A stretch of 64,000 bases of DNA from Phallusia mammillata. Its lineage: Eukaryota. The stretch lies in contig OZ281494.1 of assembly GCA_965637545.1 (NCBI GenBank), forward strand, positions 9,238,001 to 9,302,000, written 5' to 3'. The notes under the pieces were generated by a model. It worked only from the letters and a program-made list of their open reading frames with translations. It made no database searches and was not told where the DNA came from. Positions 10,225 to 21,945 of the stretch are shown piece after piece (the first letter of the stretch is position 1; the number at the start of each line of letters is the position of its first letter). The position numbers and the translations under genes are program-made.

Positions 10225-13200
10225 ATGGAAGTGCTAGGCTATAGCTTCCCAATCGAAGTTCCCAGTCCATCTGGTAGCGACGATTCAGGAATAGGGTTAT
10301 CTCCAAACCCTCCCCCTTGCGACCTGAGGGCGTGCGGTCCTTACGCGTCGGAAAGTCCCCAGGAATCCCATTTCGTCAGCAAAAGTTTCTACTCCGGAGA
10401 ATGTACGGAAGGCGGCGCATTCAACGGCTGGGCTTATAACCAACAGGGTCCTGACATCAACGCCAGTTACCTGAATGATTGTGCAGATACCAAGCACTTG
10501 CCAATTCGCAACAAAGACAACTTCAGTCAAGAGATAGATAACTTCTTGGAATCAATTGTGGTTCAAGAGAAAAATATCACCAACAAGACCAACAGAAAAA
10601 ACGCGCCACTTCAAAAGCGTTTGAGCAACGTTGACATTAACACGAAACAAATGTAAGCCCTATGTTAGTTTTAATATTTAATGTCTACGATGTCGACTCA
10701 CAGGTTGATAATTATAGGTGCACAGAATTCAAATTACCATGTCATACGGGCGGTCTATAACAGAGCGCGTCTCGCTTAGCGTGTAGTCATTCGTGTTATG
10801 TAGACATGATGTGTCTAACGGTGTGGGGATAATATGTTTACCCTTTACGAATACAGCTTGAAGCTTGAAAGGTGTCTTCAGCCAAAGACGGGAAACGGAA
10901 AGCCAAGACAGACATCTTCTAAGAGAAAGATGAACCAAACTAGGAAGACCGGCGGAAGTCGTCCAGGTAGATACTTTGTTTATTTCTTAGTTTTAGTAAT
11001 CAAGGTAAAATGATACGCCTTTAGGTGTGTAAAATCAGTGGATGCTATTATTAACAACAATTTTTATGTTATAGCTGTTTATCCTGGAGTGAGACCAAAA
11101 ACAGTTCGAGAAGTTTTACAGCATATGCGCCAGACAGGGGTAAGTGTAACTGATATTTAAGTGATGCCTGGCAACAGTGTATTGGAAATGTTCTTGTAAT
11201 GTTTCAGAAAAGCCCAAGAAGCCAAAGTCGAGTACAACAACAGCGACCGATGCAGTTCCCAACCCAAAATCAACCTATTTTGCCTCATGTGCCTCAGCAA
11301 ATGCAAAACATCCCATTCCCCCCTCACCAGTCAATGAGCCCTGAATACATGGATCAGTTTCGACTTGCAGCATCCCCGCCCATGCGTTCCAATCTCGGTT
11401 ACCCATCGCCAGCCTCCAATTTCTCCGAGACCCCGCCTCCATCGTACATCTCGGAAAGCAGCAACCCACAAGAATTGGTCGGCGACTTCTGTGGAGACAA
11501 CTTCGACAACATGTCTATTCAACCCAACATGTCCCCCTTCGACCAAAACCAGATGTGCTCGTCTGAAGTTTTTACCTGCGCGGAGTCCAGGTATAACATC
11601 CAATCGATGAGCCCCGCTACAACTGTTGCCGCAGCCGGTTCACCCTACCAGAATCCCACCAACTACCCAGACTCCCCTTACGCCATCCAACAGCCAAACT
11701 TCGCAGCACCTGACGAGTTCAACGACATGCAAGCTTTCGTGACCTCACAGAACTTCGTGCCGACTCAAGAAAACTTTCCGAGCTACTCGTGCATGAGTGG
11801 CTCTCAAACATACGGTAAGTGACACAATTTCATTTAAACTTTTCTGACCAAAATTTTATGCCTTTATTTTATTCCGCAGAAACTCCAGCGATTCCTATTA
11901 TGTCGCCTTATACGCCTGTTACAGGTTGGTTTCGTTTTTAACAGCGTGATACGTTTTTTTCATTTGGCAACGTCTGTAAAACCTTGGCTTTATTTTCGTA
12001 GGCGCCGAATCTGACGAGAACCGAAGTTTCATTCACCAACTGGTGATCAATGGAAACATGGAGGAAATTTCCATGCGATTGAGCCGATTTCCTCATGCAG
12101 TGGTGGCCGAACAAATTATCAACTCAAAGGACGACGAAGGAATGGTAAGTGGATTTCTCGTTTTAAAAACTGAGTTCTATGTTGTGTATTGACTAAACGC
12201 CATTACTTAGACGCGAAAACAATTTCGCAATTGCATTGAGGTATTGTCTGTCAGGCTAAAATGTCACAGCGGTCTCGTAATTCCTCTTTTCTCCCCACTG
12301 TTGTCCCGGTACTGTAATTACGCTTACGATTTGGAATTTACAGGGCACATTTGCATTGTAACAAGTCGCAGGGTAGGCCCGGCTCATCGAAACTTATAAT
12401 TTTTGTACTCGATCATCGAAGTCCGGACCAATTTTACAATTTTTAACTAATCGCGCGGCGGTCTAACCAGATTTGCAATCTAACCATGGTTTCAACTACA
12501 GCGAAAATATCACTAGTATCCGTTTTATCGACCTGTTTTTGTTAAAGGCCAGTGCAGCTTTTAAATTTGTTTTACCGCTCTAGTTGTGTAATTTGCGTGG
12601 CCGATTTCGCGATGCGACCTTCCATTAGGCCGATAGCGTCGGCTACGCATTTATACATAATCAGATCACTGGTTTGCCGACCGGAAAAACACGGATTCGA
12701 CTTTGTGGGCGTTAGCAATGCATGTGCATTAGTGACAGGTGCCCTTTTATTGGTGTTTACCACTTCCAGGGGAAACGACTTGTCGCTGTTGGGGGCCTTG
12801 ACAGCAAATACGACTCGATCCATAAAAACACACGGTTAATGTTTAACGTTTTGATGAAATTGATTACACTAGCGACGATTCTTTTGTGTAGTGGTTTCAC
12901 TGGAAACAGGCCTAAACCAGCAACTCTATAAATACCCGTTTATTAACAGAAACCCAGCTTAGTATGAGCAAGAACATATTGCCTTATGTCTTAGTTTAAA
13001 CTATTTAACACATAGGCTTCAAAAAACTGAAGACGTTTAGGCACTAACGGAACATCTTACATGCAAAGCGCATATACCAACGGAAGGGGCTGAATACAGG
13101 GCGACTCATCTTTCAAACCATCACAAAATCGCCGACCGTTTGACGCAACCAGTTGCTTACAGTGGTGAAACCACATCGCGCTTGCCTGTCTCATTATAGA

Positions 13201-16200
13201 CTCGTATATATAGTCTCTGGCGTCACTTGGCTTTTTGAACCAACGCAGAGGGCAACTGACGGCGACTGGTTCTAAAACAAACATTTTCGCATTGATTGCT
13301 CAATTAATTCATTGCCTCAGCAACCCAAGTTTCCCCACTATGATTTTCCACATCTAGAGATAGCTGGTATTTTTTGAGAAATACGATACCGCTCGTTTTG
13401 TTCAGTCTTCAGTCGCTTGTTCTGCCGTGTTCGTATCTGTTTCGGAGCAGCGCCTCAGGCCCAATGCACAAAATTCCTTGGCACGGGGCAAATTCGAACT
13501 TGAAACGGTTAGCGGTTCACGTTTTTTTTCAGAAAATTTCACCTCTCCTAGACGTTAAAAAATTTCGCTGTAAGTTCTTTTGCTAAAAGTTTTTGCTGTA
13601 AGCCTACCCGCCTAGGTCGTGACAACAAAATCGCATTTTCAACATGTGGGGAATTTCGCCACTTATACAAATATAGTAAACTCAAAAATGGGCAAAAAAC
13701 CCGCGACAAAAGTTTTATGGCGGCCACTGTCGGGATTTTTGCTGTAAGGCGATTCAGTCGAGCGCGACGACCATTTCAGCGCACCCTAAGCTTTTAGTAC
13801 AGGTCTGGAAATTTCGTTGTGGTACAACGCTCGACAAAACTTCACTTTGCTAGGGAACTTACACCAAGTTATTTTTAGAATCCGCATAATTCGATTTGCA
13901 AGTTGAAGCTTAGGGCATGGCGAGATAATTCGCGATTGTTTGGGCGACTGGGAAATATCCGACAACGCTAAACAATGCGCGTTTGGTATAGACAGCTAAC
14001 CAAGACTGTCACCCTACATTGGCCCGTTCTCGCGTCCCACTGACGTCACAAGCCTTCATCCGGACTTTGCGACGCGCATTTATTTTAAAGATCCAAGGCA
14101 GCGAGTCAGAATGCGATTGTCCGTGTTAGTGCGACTCTCCACGACTACTTGCACGGATTTGAAACACGAAAAGCTTCTTTTCTGACTTTGCGCTCCACTG
14201 CTTATGCACACAGATAAGTCCATATTTGCCGAAGCTAATAATCAATAGCTTTTTTGATAAAGCTTGTTTTGTAAGAGGTATGGAGCGGTATATTTTTTAT
14301 TCCATGAAAACGTTTTGTCGCGTTTCTTTGGAGAAATTTAAAGCGTGCGAAATTACAAACCAGTCACGCATCGATTGAAAAACAAGTTTTGGCAATGCAC
14401 AATAGTTAAAATTGCCAGTCATATGAATTTCTTAATGCAAGCTACAACGCAGCAAGTACGAAAAGCGTGATGTGCGATCTAACGGCCAACTCGTGACCTA
14501 TACCCGTCACAAGATTATTAGCGAGGTCTGCAGCAAATCTTGCTCGACCAGCAACCCGCGCATAGCTTGTATGAATCATCGCATCGCTCGGCCGAACACC
14601 AAAGCAAAAGGTTTCAATCTACGCCCGAGGGGAAGGGACAGAGCACTATTCATTGGCGGCATTCGCACTCGGTTTGCGGCATTCGTTGTCCTCGCTACGA
14701 GTTGTTCTGAAACTCGACACCCTGTTTTGCGACGCCCAGTTGGTGTGATATTCAATAACAAGGGTTGTTCCGCTGTTTGCAGACCCCACTTCTGTACGCT
14801 GTCAAGACAAACAACATCGAAGCTGTGAGCGAATTGATGAAATGGGGCGCAGATGCCAGTATACCAGCCAACGATGGACAGAATGCGCTTCACTTTGCTG
14901 CTGAACTGCCTCCAAATATGATGGTAAGACTTCCATTTAATTTTGTAATGCGTATGTCATTGGTCAGATTTAATACTTCCCGGAACTGGTTCGTTACATC
15001 TTTACGAAAAAAGCACTGGTTACAAACTTCGTGCTCCACAATTCGTTTTTGGTGCCCAGGAAGCAGAATAACTGCACATCAGTCTAGACCCCAGTCAGAT
15101 CATGATGGGTGCGCGTGACAAACACTTACCAGTATACGCTTGTTGGCGCGCTCGCCTTGATTCCAATTTACGCTAATGAATAGCGAACTCTATTTTTTAC
15201 CCCAAACGATTAATTGTCTGGGCAAAACCAAATTATTTGCATGTCATCATATGAAATAGCGAAATAACCCCGCAGTCAACTTATGCTGGATTTTCTTTGT
15301 CTCTTTCAGAGCTTCCTGGCCGCAAAAGTTCCTCAATTCGGCGAGCTTACAAAAGGCACTGCAACTCTTAAAGCAGGTAAGCATCTTTAATTTGCCTATT
15401 CAAATCGCTAATTGTGGTGCGTACAATATACGGAAGGTGACAGTCAGGCCAACCGTCAATGTATGTGTATTGGATTTTTCGCTTGACCCTTGGTATTTTT
15501 CTTTCTTGTCAGGTCGCACCCCGCTGCACATAGCAACGGAGCAAAAGAATGTGATGAACATGGTCCAGCTTATGAGTCAAGGAGCCTTGCTAATGGCAAA
15601 GGTAAGCAAAGCAAACAACGACTTCTTTCGGTTTGCCATCGAAAACATGTGTCTAACCATATGTACCTTGTTTCAGGAGCAACACGGCGGATGGTCGGCG
15701 CTCCATATGGCTGTCAAGAATGCTGATGTGAAGGCAACGCAGGAAATCCTGTCCTTCGCCGCCTATGGCTTACCCAGCAACCAATCAGAGGCCCGCAATA
15801 AGCCACGTGACATCGACGCTTTGCGCGAGGTGGTCTGCCAACCAGCGTACAACGAGAACACGGCCTTACACTTTGCCGCTGGTAAGTAGCTTCACCTCTT
15901 TACGCTTTTCGAATTTGGGGTGTTGTTTAGAGAGGAGCGAGCTCTCGGGCGTCAGCTGCTTCCCTATCAGAAGGCTGCCAGTGCGGCTAACCCTCAAATC
16001 GATAATCACATCGACACACTTTAGGGTCGCGATTATAACATAATCAATAGGCAATCGTTTCTCAGTCCTTTGTGACGTAATCAGGTCTTGCTACTAGCTT
16101 CTTTATACATGGTACTGTTCTTAAACATCTAACTCTTTTTTGTAGAACTGCAAGTCTCCACAAGCCCAATGCTTGCTGATGCGCAGTCCCTTATCATCAA

Positions 16201-16590
16201 TCTGCTCATGGACAACGAGGCTGATCCATCGATCAAGAACCACCAAAACCAGTTGCCCATTAACCTTCTTTCTTCGGCCAACTCTCAGGTGAGCATCCAT
16301 GCCTCGTAATACGACTTTTACTGCAAGTACTCATGCATAATTTACAGTTCAGCTAGAAGAAGGCACTTTGGCAAAGTCATTCGCTTTATCTTAAAACATT
16401 TGTTTATTTTGTGCAGCTTTTCGAACGCCTGAGAGGTGGACGGAGATTTGGACACGGTAGCCGTTCGGCGATGAACAGCAGCAAAGGCGACATGAACTTG
16501 CCGCCTCTGCGTCCTGTCGTCAGCTCCGGCACCGGTGTCCGCTTCGGAGGCCCTTCTTCGGGGGTTGCCCGAACAACTTTCTTGGAATGA
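10225..16590 (+). CDS. NFKBIZ: IkappaB-zeta-like nuclear IkappaB ankyrin-repeat protein, 738 aa
   Basis: 12 GT-AG exons with consistent phases: 10225-10652, 10857-10966, 11075-11139, 11208-11814, 11880-11924, 12002-12144, 14783-14923, 15310-15376, 15513-15601, 15677-15881, 16146-16288, 16417-16590 (2217 nt). Six clear ankyrin motifs, including TPLLYAV, NALHFAA, GRTPLHIA and WSALHMAV. AYNENTALHFAAELQ...LLMDNEADPSIKN resembles human IkB-zeta AYNGNTALHVAASLQ...LLMRKGADPSTRN (recalled). P/Q/S-rich middle region. Orthology to NFKBIZ rather than NFKBID or BCL3 is inferred. Confidence 0.85.
13950..13960. promoter_or_regulatory. Candidate kappaB-like site in the long intron 6 of the NFKBIZ-like gene
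   Basis: GGGAAATATCC. A weaker GGGGAATTTC lies at 13648-13657 and TGACGTCA at 14041 in the same CpG-rich 2.6-kb intron. Confidence 0.3.
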
Positions 16591-16923
16591 ATTTCTGTTG
16601 TGCAGAATTTACTATAATTGAGGGTTCCTTGTTGCTTTGCCAGCACCGCTCACCCGTGCGCCCCCGCGAGCGTCGCAGCTACCAGCAAACTGTACAACGT
16701 TTCGCGTCTGAGGCCTACAGGCGATCACTCAGGCGCGTGCGTTTTGTATGTTTGTTTTTGGTGATCCGAGTCACTCGCTGTGGCAAGGGCGGAACAATTA
16801 ACTAACGTTAGAGCCTTGCGCGCTCGCGGGCGTCTTAACCGAAAATGTAGCGACATTTCTCGCGTTTAATCTTCGTTAAAACCCCCGGCATTGCAAAGCA
16901 AGGACCCCTCGATTTTCTTGTGA

Positions 16924-16936
16924 TCTTCTATGAAGA
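16924..16936 (+). promoter_or_regulatory. Roquin constitutive decay element (CDE)-like stem-loop in the probable 3' UTR
   Basis: TCTTC-TAT-GAAGA: a 5-bp stem with a Y-R-Y triloop, containing UUCYRYGAA. I saw no AATAAA between the stop (16590) and this site; an AATAAA lies downstream at 17531. Confidence 0.55.
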
Positions 16937-17530
16937 ATGAAATAACTCTGCAAAAACCAAGGGCGGTCACCTTCCCACTTTTTTGGAATTGTGTGGCTTA
17001 GCCTGGTTTCGCTGAGTTGTTTCCTTTAATCTGGTTCGCCTTATTTTCAAGGCATATTCATTCGCGTCCGTTTTCACCCTTTTTGTCTTCTGTCGTGGCG
17101 TGGCATTTTCGGCGGCCTTTATGGTCGTGCCACCCTTCCCAGTCAGTGATATGTTACTTGCGTGTAAAATCGATTGTGCCTTTTTGTGTAACATTTCAGC
17201 GACCTTAAAGCGATTGTTATTTTGCGCCCCTTCAATTTGTGTTAACGCCAACGTTTGTAACCACCGGTATTATGTACATCAATCGTCGCTCTAACCGTAT
17301 TTTATCAATATACATGTCATAATCCAATAACCTAAAACCTGATCCTTTTAAGTTCCAATTGTACAAACACCAATTTAAGCGTTTTCGCTTTATTTCGATT
17401 TGACTGTTGTACATAATTTAACCACACCAACCGTTAGTTATGTGTACAGCATATGTTTTCGTGTGTGTATGTGTCTTCTGTATACTTCAAACGTAGCCTT
17501 TGAGCCGATGTACATAAAGCGTGTGAATAG

Positions 17531-17536
17531 AATAAA
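17531..17536 (+). terminator. Candidate polyadenylation signal of the NFKBIZ-like gene
   Basis: First AATAAA I found after the stop codon (AATAAATAAA, overlapping pair). Confidence 0.35.
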
Positions 17537-19247
17537 TAAAAATGAACAGCAAATGCTTAGTCTGGTTTTCAGAGCCGAAACGAGACAAGCTTGGTTGGGG
17601 TCTAATGCGCCGTGTATGACGTGTGCCTTGTTCAGGATATGGCCCATCCTGTAAGGGCGACCACGTGCTCTTTGTATTGCATCCTACTGCTGATGCTTGG
17701 TTAATATTACGAAGGTGAATTACGGTCGCCTGGTTGTAGTGCTGAATGTGACATTAAATGCCTATGAACGGCTGTCTATAAACAACTATCAATTCAAGTC
17801 ATTGTAATGAAAAGACATTCATAAATGTAAAGATATGTTATCAATGGTTCTTGTTTCTTTTTAAGTACAATACGGACTAAACGGTTTTGCGTTCATATAG
17901 CTGAGATCCTAAAACCTATGTGGTATAAAGGTTTTGAGCTATTGTTTTTCTGGCGAGTTATGATTGTCCAAGTTAGAATATTATTAAATAAAAAGTCACC
18001 ATTATTATACAGTTAAGTTTCCGGCATACTTGATGTTCCAGCTAAACAGTCTTGTAAAAATCTGATCCGAAACCGTAAGTCGTTTAATTCGGGGAATCTT
18101 GACCGAAACATAACACCCCGTCTTAAAACAGGTTAATTGTGCCTCACTACAGAAGCCACTTCGAGTAGTTGCTTTCGTTGAATTACCGAAAACAATTAAA
18201 TTTGGCCATTCTCCACAGGCGATAATTGCTAGTTATAATGGGTCGCGACCTCGTATCCATCCTGTAATATTGAATCCAGTCGTACCGTACAGACATTTCC
18301 TCAATTCGTTCATAACAACTGAAGTTTTCACACAGGTTTTCGGATTACCCGCCAATAATTGCTTGTCAGTTACACCCTAATGGCTTGTACACGTAGTGTT
18401 TAAGTGAATTTCACCTAGGCCTGTATTGTCCGACAACGGGCACGACTGGGCAGTTAACACCAGGAAAGATTGATATGTGCCGAAATTTCGGACAGACAAT
18501 TATAAACGGCCATTCACCGTGAACAATAAGCCGCAAGACGCTCCCTTTGTAAATGACATTCCCAAATATAATGGATCTATATTAGTATTTCCCGTCACCA
18601 TTATCCAGTGCAATTATGGCGAGCCCTTGTTTTTATACCAATGTTTTTATTTGGCCTGTGGGCTTTTCGTGGTCTGCTGTACAGTCTCCCAAACAAAATG
18701 TGAGACAAACATGTGTCAGGCACGGACAAGCATTCGGAAGCACAAATTAATCACTAGTTTTGTGCTCGCCTGTTGCCGCTATCCAAAATCAAGACATTTC
18801 GATGAGTTTAACAAGTCAAGTTTAAACGTCTGCTTACTGCAGGTTCCGTCTGGCGGATTTACACGGTTGAATGCGTAAAGGAATCTGCCAGTCGCCAAGG
18901 ATACGCTTCGCTAGTCAAACACAAATAGCGTAGGTACGATCGAAACTCGGTACGAAACTCGGCGATTGTGTAATTGTTTACCCACCTTTTCGCGTTCAAA
19001 TAGCTATTGGGACGAGTCAATAGACTCAATAACATTGTCTGAACGAAAAACACAACACCCTCACTTGCACGAATTGTCGGCAATTGACGCGAATATGGGT
19101 GTTGCCTTGTCCTTGTGTATAATAGTCCTGAACGTTCAAATTTGAACTCAGCCGCTTTGTTTTGTCCGTACATGACACGCACTAAGGCTATACGGTCTCC
19201 GTACTATTTTAATGCGGAGTTTTTGTACTTGAACGTATGTTCAAAGT

Positions 19248-19555
19248 CAGTGGTTCTCAAACTTTTTTGAACGCGACTCAAATCTGAGTCTTATAAACAC
19301 CTCACGACCCAAGCCTCAAACAACAAATAATGTCTTTTATTTCCTTGTACGAATACTTACTCATCCTTAAACGCTAACTGTCACATGGCCAAGTTCAGTT
19401 AACGCAAGATTAACTTATCCTATTATTTCCTGTGCTATGACGTTACAATCGCCATGTGCGAAACAGTATAGTGGGAAGGCTATTGTGTGCGCGACCCATT
19501 TTTTTACCCTGTGCGACCCATGTTTGGGTCGCGACCCATACTTTGAGAACCACTG
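19248..19555. mobile_element. hAT MITE
   Basis: TIR CAGTGGTTCTCAAA / TTTGAGAACCACTG; perfect TSD TTCAAAGT (19240-19247 and 19556-19563). Confidence 0.9.
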
Positions 19556-19562
19556 TTCAAAG

Positions 19563-19837
19563 TAATGATACACCGAACCCCCCTCAAAATGGACGAAATC
19601 GAATATTCGGCCGAATGAGGCATAACCCAAAATCTCTGATAGATATTTTTAACTGAACCTTGTATTGTAACTGCAGGTGAACTCATTATAACACTCCAAA
19701 ACAACCTTAACACATGTACGCTAAAAACACCTAGTATTTTGCAGACAATGTGATTTTTTTAATAAAGTTCGGGCCAAAACTGAAACATTGAAAAACAACA
19801 CATTCGGCCGAAAAATCGAAATTTGAGTGCATCTCTA
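19563..19837. mobile_element. hAT MITE (TAGTGATGCACCG family, decayed)
   Basis: Ends TAATGATACACCG and GAGTGCATCTCTA; TSD GTTCAAAG/GTTTAAAG; internally similar to the element at 34792-35226. Confidence 0.75.
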
Positions 19838-20915
19838 GTTTAAAGCAGTTTACAAACTGGGTTTATTTAATCCCAGGGGGTCAGTAAGTATCATGGCCTT
19901 TTGGCACGTAGCTACACGTACTGTGATTTGTTTGTTTATCCGATAAATCTGTCGCATAAGCTTTGATGATTAAACATACAAAATTTACTACGCCAATAAG
20001 TTTTAAAGAATCAGCGATTTAAGGACTCCAACACTCGACACAGACAGGGGATTTTGTAGTCACGGAAATTGGTTCCTTGTGCAAACAGGGGGGAGAACAA
20101 ATATTGCCTATCTACAAGCTATAGGTCATGTCCCCTATCGTGTGCAGTACTTAAGTGGGTGTTACAATGCTGATAAATCATTTATAACATATTGCGGTTG
20201 GTAAGGCGTATTGAAAATATGTACTTAAGCCCCTCCCCCATAGTAGTTAAAAAAACCTTATTCGTGCCTCTTTATTGCATTTGGCCATCAATATGCATTA
20301 TTTCTGCAGTCACCGGAAGCCGTAAAAGTGAATTTATATACTTTAACGTTGTTATGTTCCATAAAAAATCAAAGCGAAATGTGTTTTTGAACCAAAACCT
20401 TGTGTATCGATCATTAGTATAAAAACCATTAAATATCCGGAATGTAAAATAGCGAATAACCTAAAAAAGTGACATGCGTGCAAGTAAGAGATTAGGGGTT
20501 TAAGCCTTTTGTGTTCTACAGTAACAGTAAAAATGTTGTGCACAGCTTAATTAGCATTGCTGCAACTTAAGGTTTCGCACAAGGCTTGCCAACGTCCGTC
20601 GATATTCGGTTTAAGCTTTGCATTTTCGCTGACCCAACTCATGAGTCGGTAGATGGACGGTGGCTGTCACTGCACGTCCGATGCATATTGTGTAGACCTG
20701 AAAGATGCAACGTTGGATCTACAAGCGGATTTTCCGCCCTCGTCACCCTTTGATCGTTACTTGACGGACGTTACGTAGCCTGAGTCACATCACGGACTTG
20801 AATGAGTGCCAACGCGGTATCTTCTAAGGCAGAACACATGGTAATATTAAAGGCTGTATGGCAAGTTGTCACCCTTGATAATTACACAAACCGACTGATC
20901 CGAAAATGGAGAGTA

Positions 20916-21019
20916 CAGTAAACAAGGCTTTAACTAATCGACATCGGTTAATTTGGATCTTTGCCTGATCCGGACAAATGTTTTGGTCCAAACGGGTCCG
21001 GATCACCCGAGGTTTACTG
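20916..21019. mobile_element. Tc1/mariner (pogo/Tigger-like) MITE
   Basis: TIR CAGTAAAC / GTTTACTG with TA on both sides (20914-20915 and 21020-21021); internal ATCCGGA/TCCGGAT motifs. Confidence 0.7.
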
Positions 21020-21945
21020 TAGTTTAATTATAGTTAAGTGATGTAATATTCCACAAAGTTTAAACTCTAAACCACAATATGGAAACTTTTTGAGGGACCC
21101 AACGGGGCACGTTCTTCCTAACATGGTTTCAATCAAATTTAGACTGTGGATGTTTAGTCGCTTCTTTGTGTTTGAATGACATCCAAATCATGCCACTGAA
21201 AACCCAAACAAAGTCGTTGCATGGTTTCGTAGAATCAGAACGAACGTGCGGTTTGCTGCTGGTAAACTCTTTCTCATTTTCGTGCCATTACATAAAGCAC
21301 GATTGCATCAGCCCCCGATTGTACACTGTTTTTGTTACAAAACTTTGTGGTGTATCTTTTGATCGCCTGGCCGAAACATAGCGACACCGAGCGGCTGTTG
21401 TAAAACGTCTAATAGGTACAATTTAAGTAAGAAATTTCTCAAAAGAAGCAAACCGCGTATGGATCAGTGAAGTTGAGCAGTTAATCGGCCTGAACAATGG
21501 TTACCATACTTCGTTTACATTTACAAAACTTCGTTTAGTGTTTTCCTGCGTTTTGTTGTGACTTTTTATAGTATCACATAGGAAGGAGACGACAATTAAC
21601 GTTTAACGCCTTCGGTTGGTCGTCACTCGTTGAGGCGGGGTGGGGCCTCTACATACTTTAGGAAAGTAAAGATAAAAAAACGAAAAAAAAAACTTTGATT
21701 GATCAAACTCTTTTATACCTTTTTTTGCTTTGGAGCATAAACACTTCTCACGGTTTGCTAATGCATGCAGCTGCAATAGCAAAACTCCATTGGCAACAAA
21801 CAATCATTTAAACTTGGTCGCCAAACAATGATGTCAAACTGCGTGGAATAATAACGACTTCTTCCTGTCACGGTAACAGTCATTGGTGCAAGATGTTGAC
21901 TCCCATTTGGTTTACATAATACCCCAAGTGAATAATGTTTACTGG

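Noticed and set aside
14472-14893. Overlapping ORFs of 118 aa (+) and 105 aa (-)
   Set aside because: Both overlap NFKBIZ-like intron 6 and exon 7 in non-coding frames and have no recognisable motifs.
12349-15242. Two perfect octamers (ATTTGCAT at 12349 and 15235) in NFKBIZ-like introns, suggesting POU autoregulation
   Set aside because: My rough estimate is about 0.4 expected by chance in 6.4 kb of AT-rich DNA, and octamers also occur elsewhere (5315, 7202, 24831). Not significant.
18477-19182. ORFs of 133 aa (+) and 107 aa (-) downstream of the NFKBIZ-like gene
   Set aside because: No family motif and no consistent exon chain could be built.
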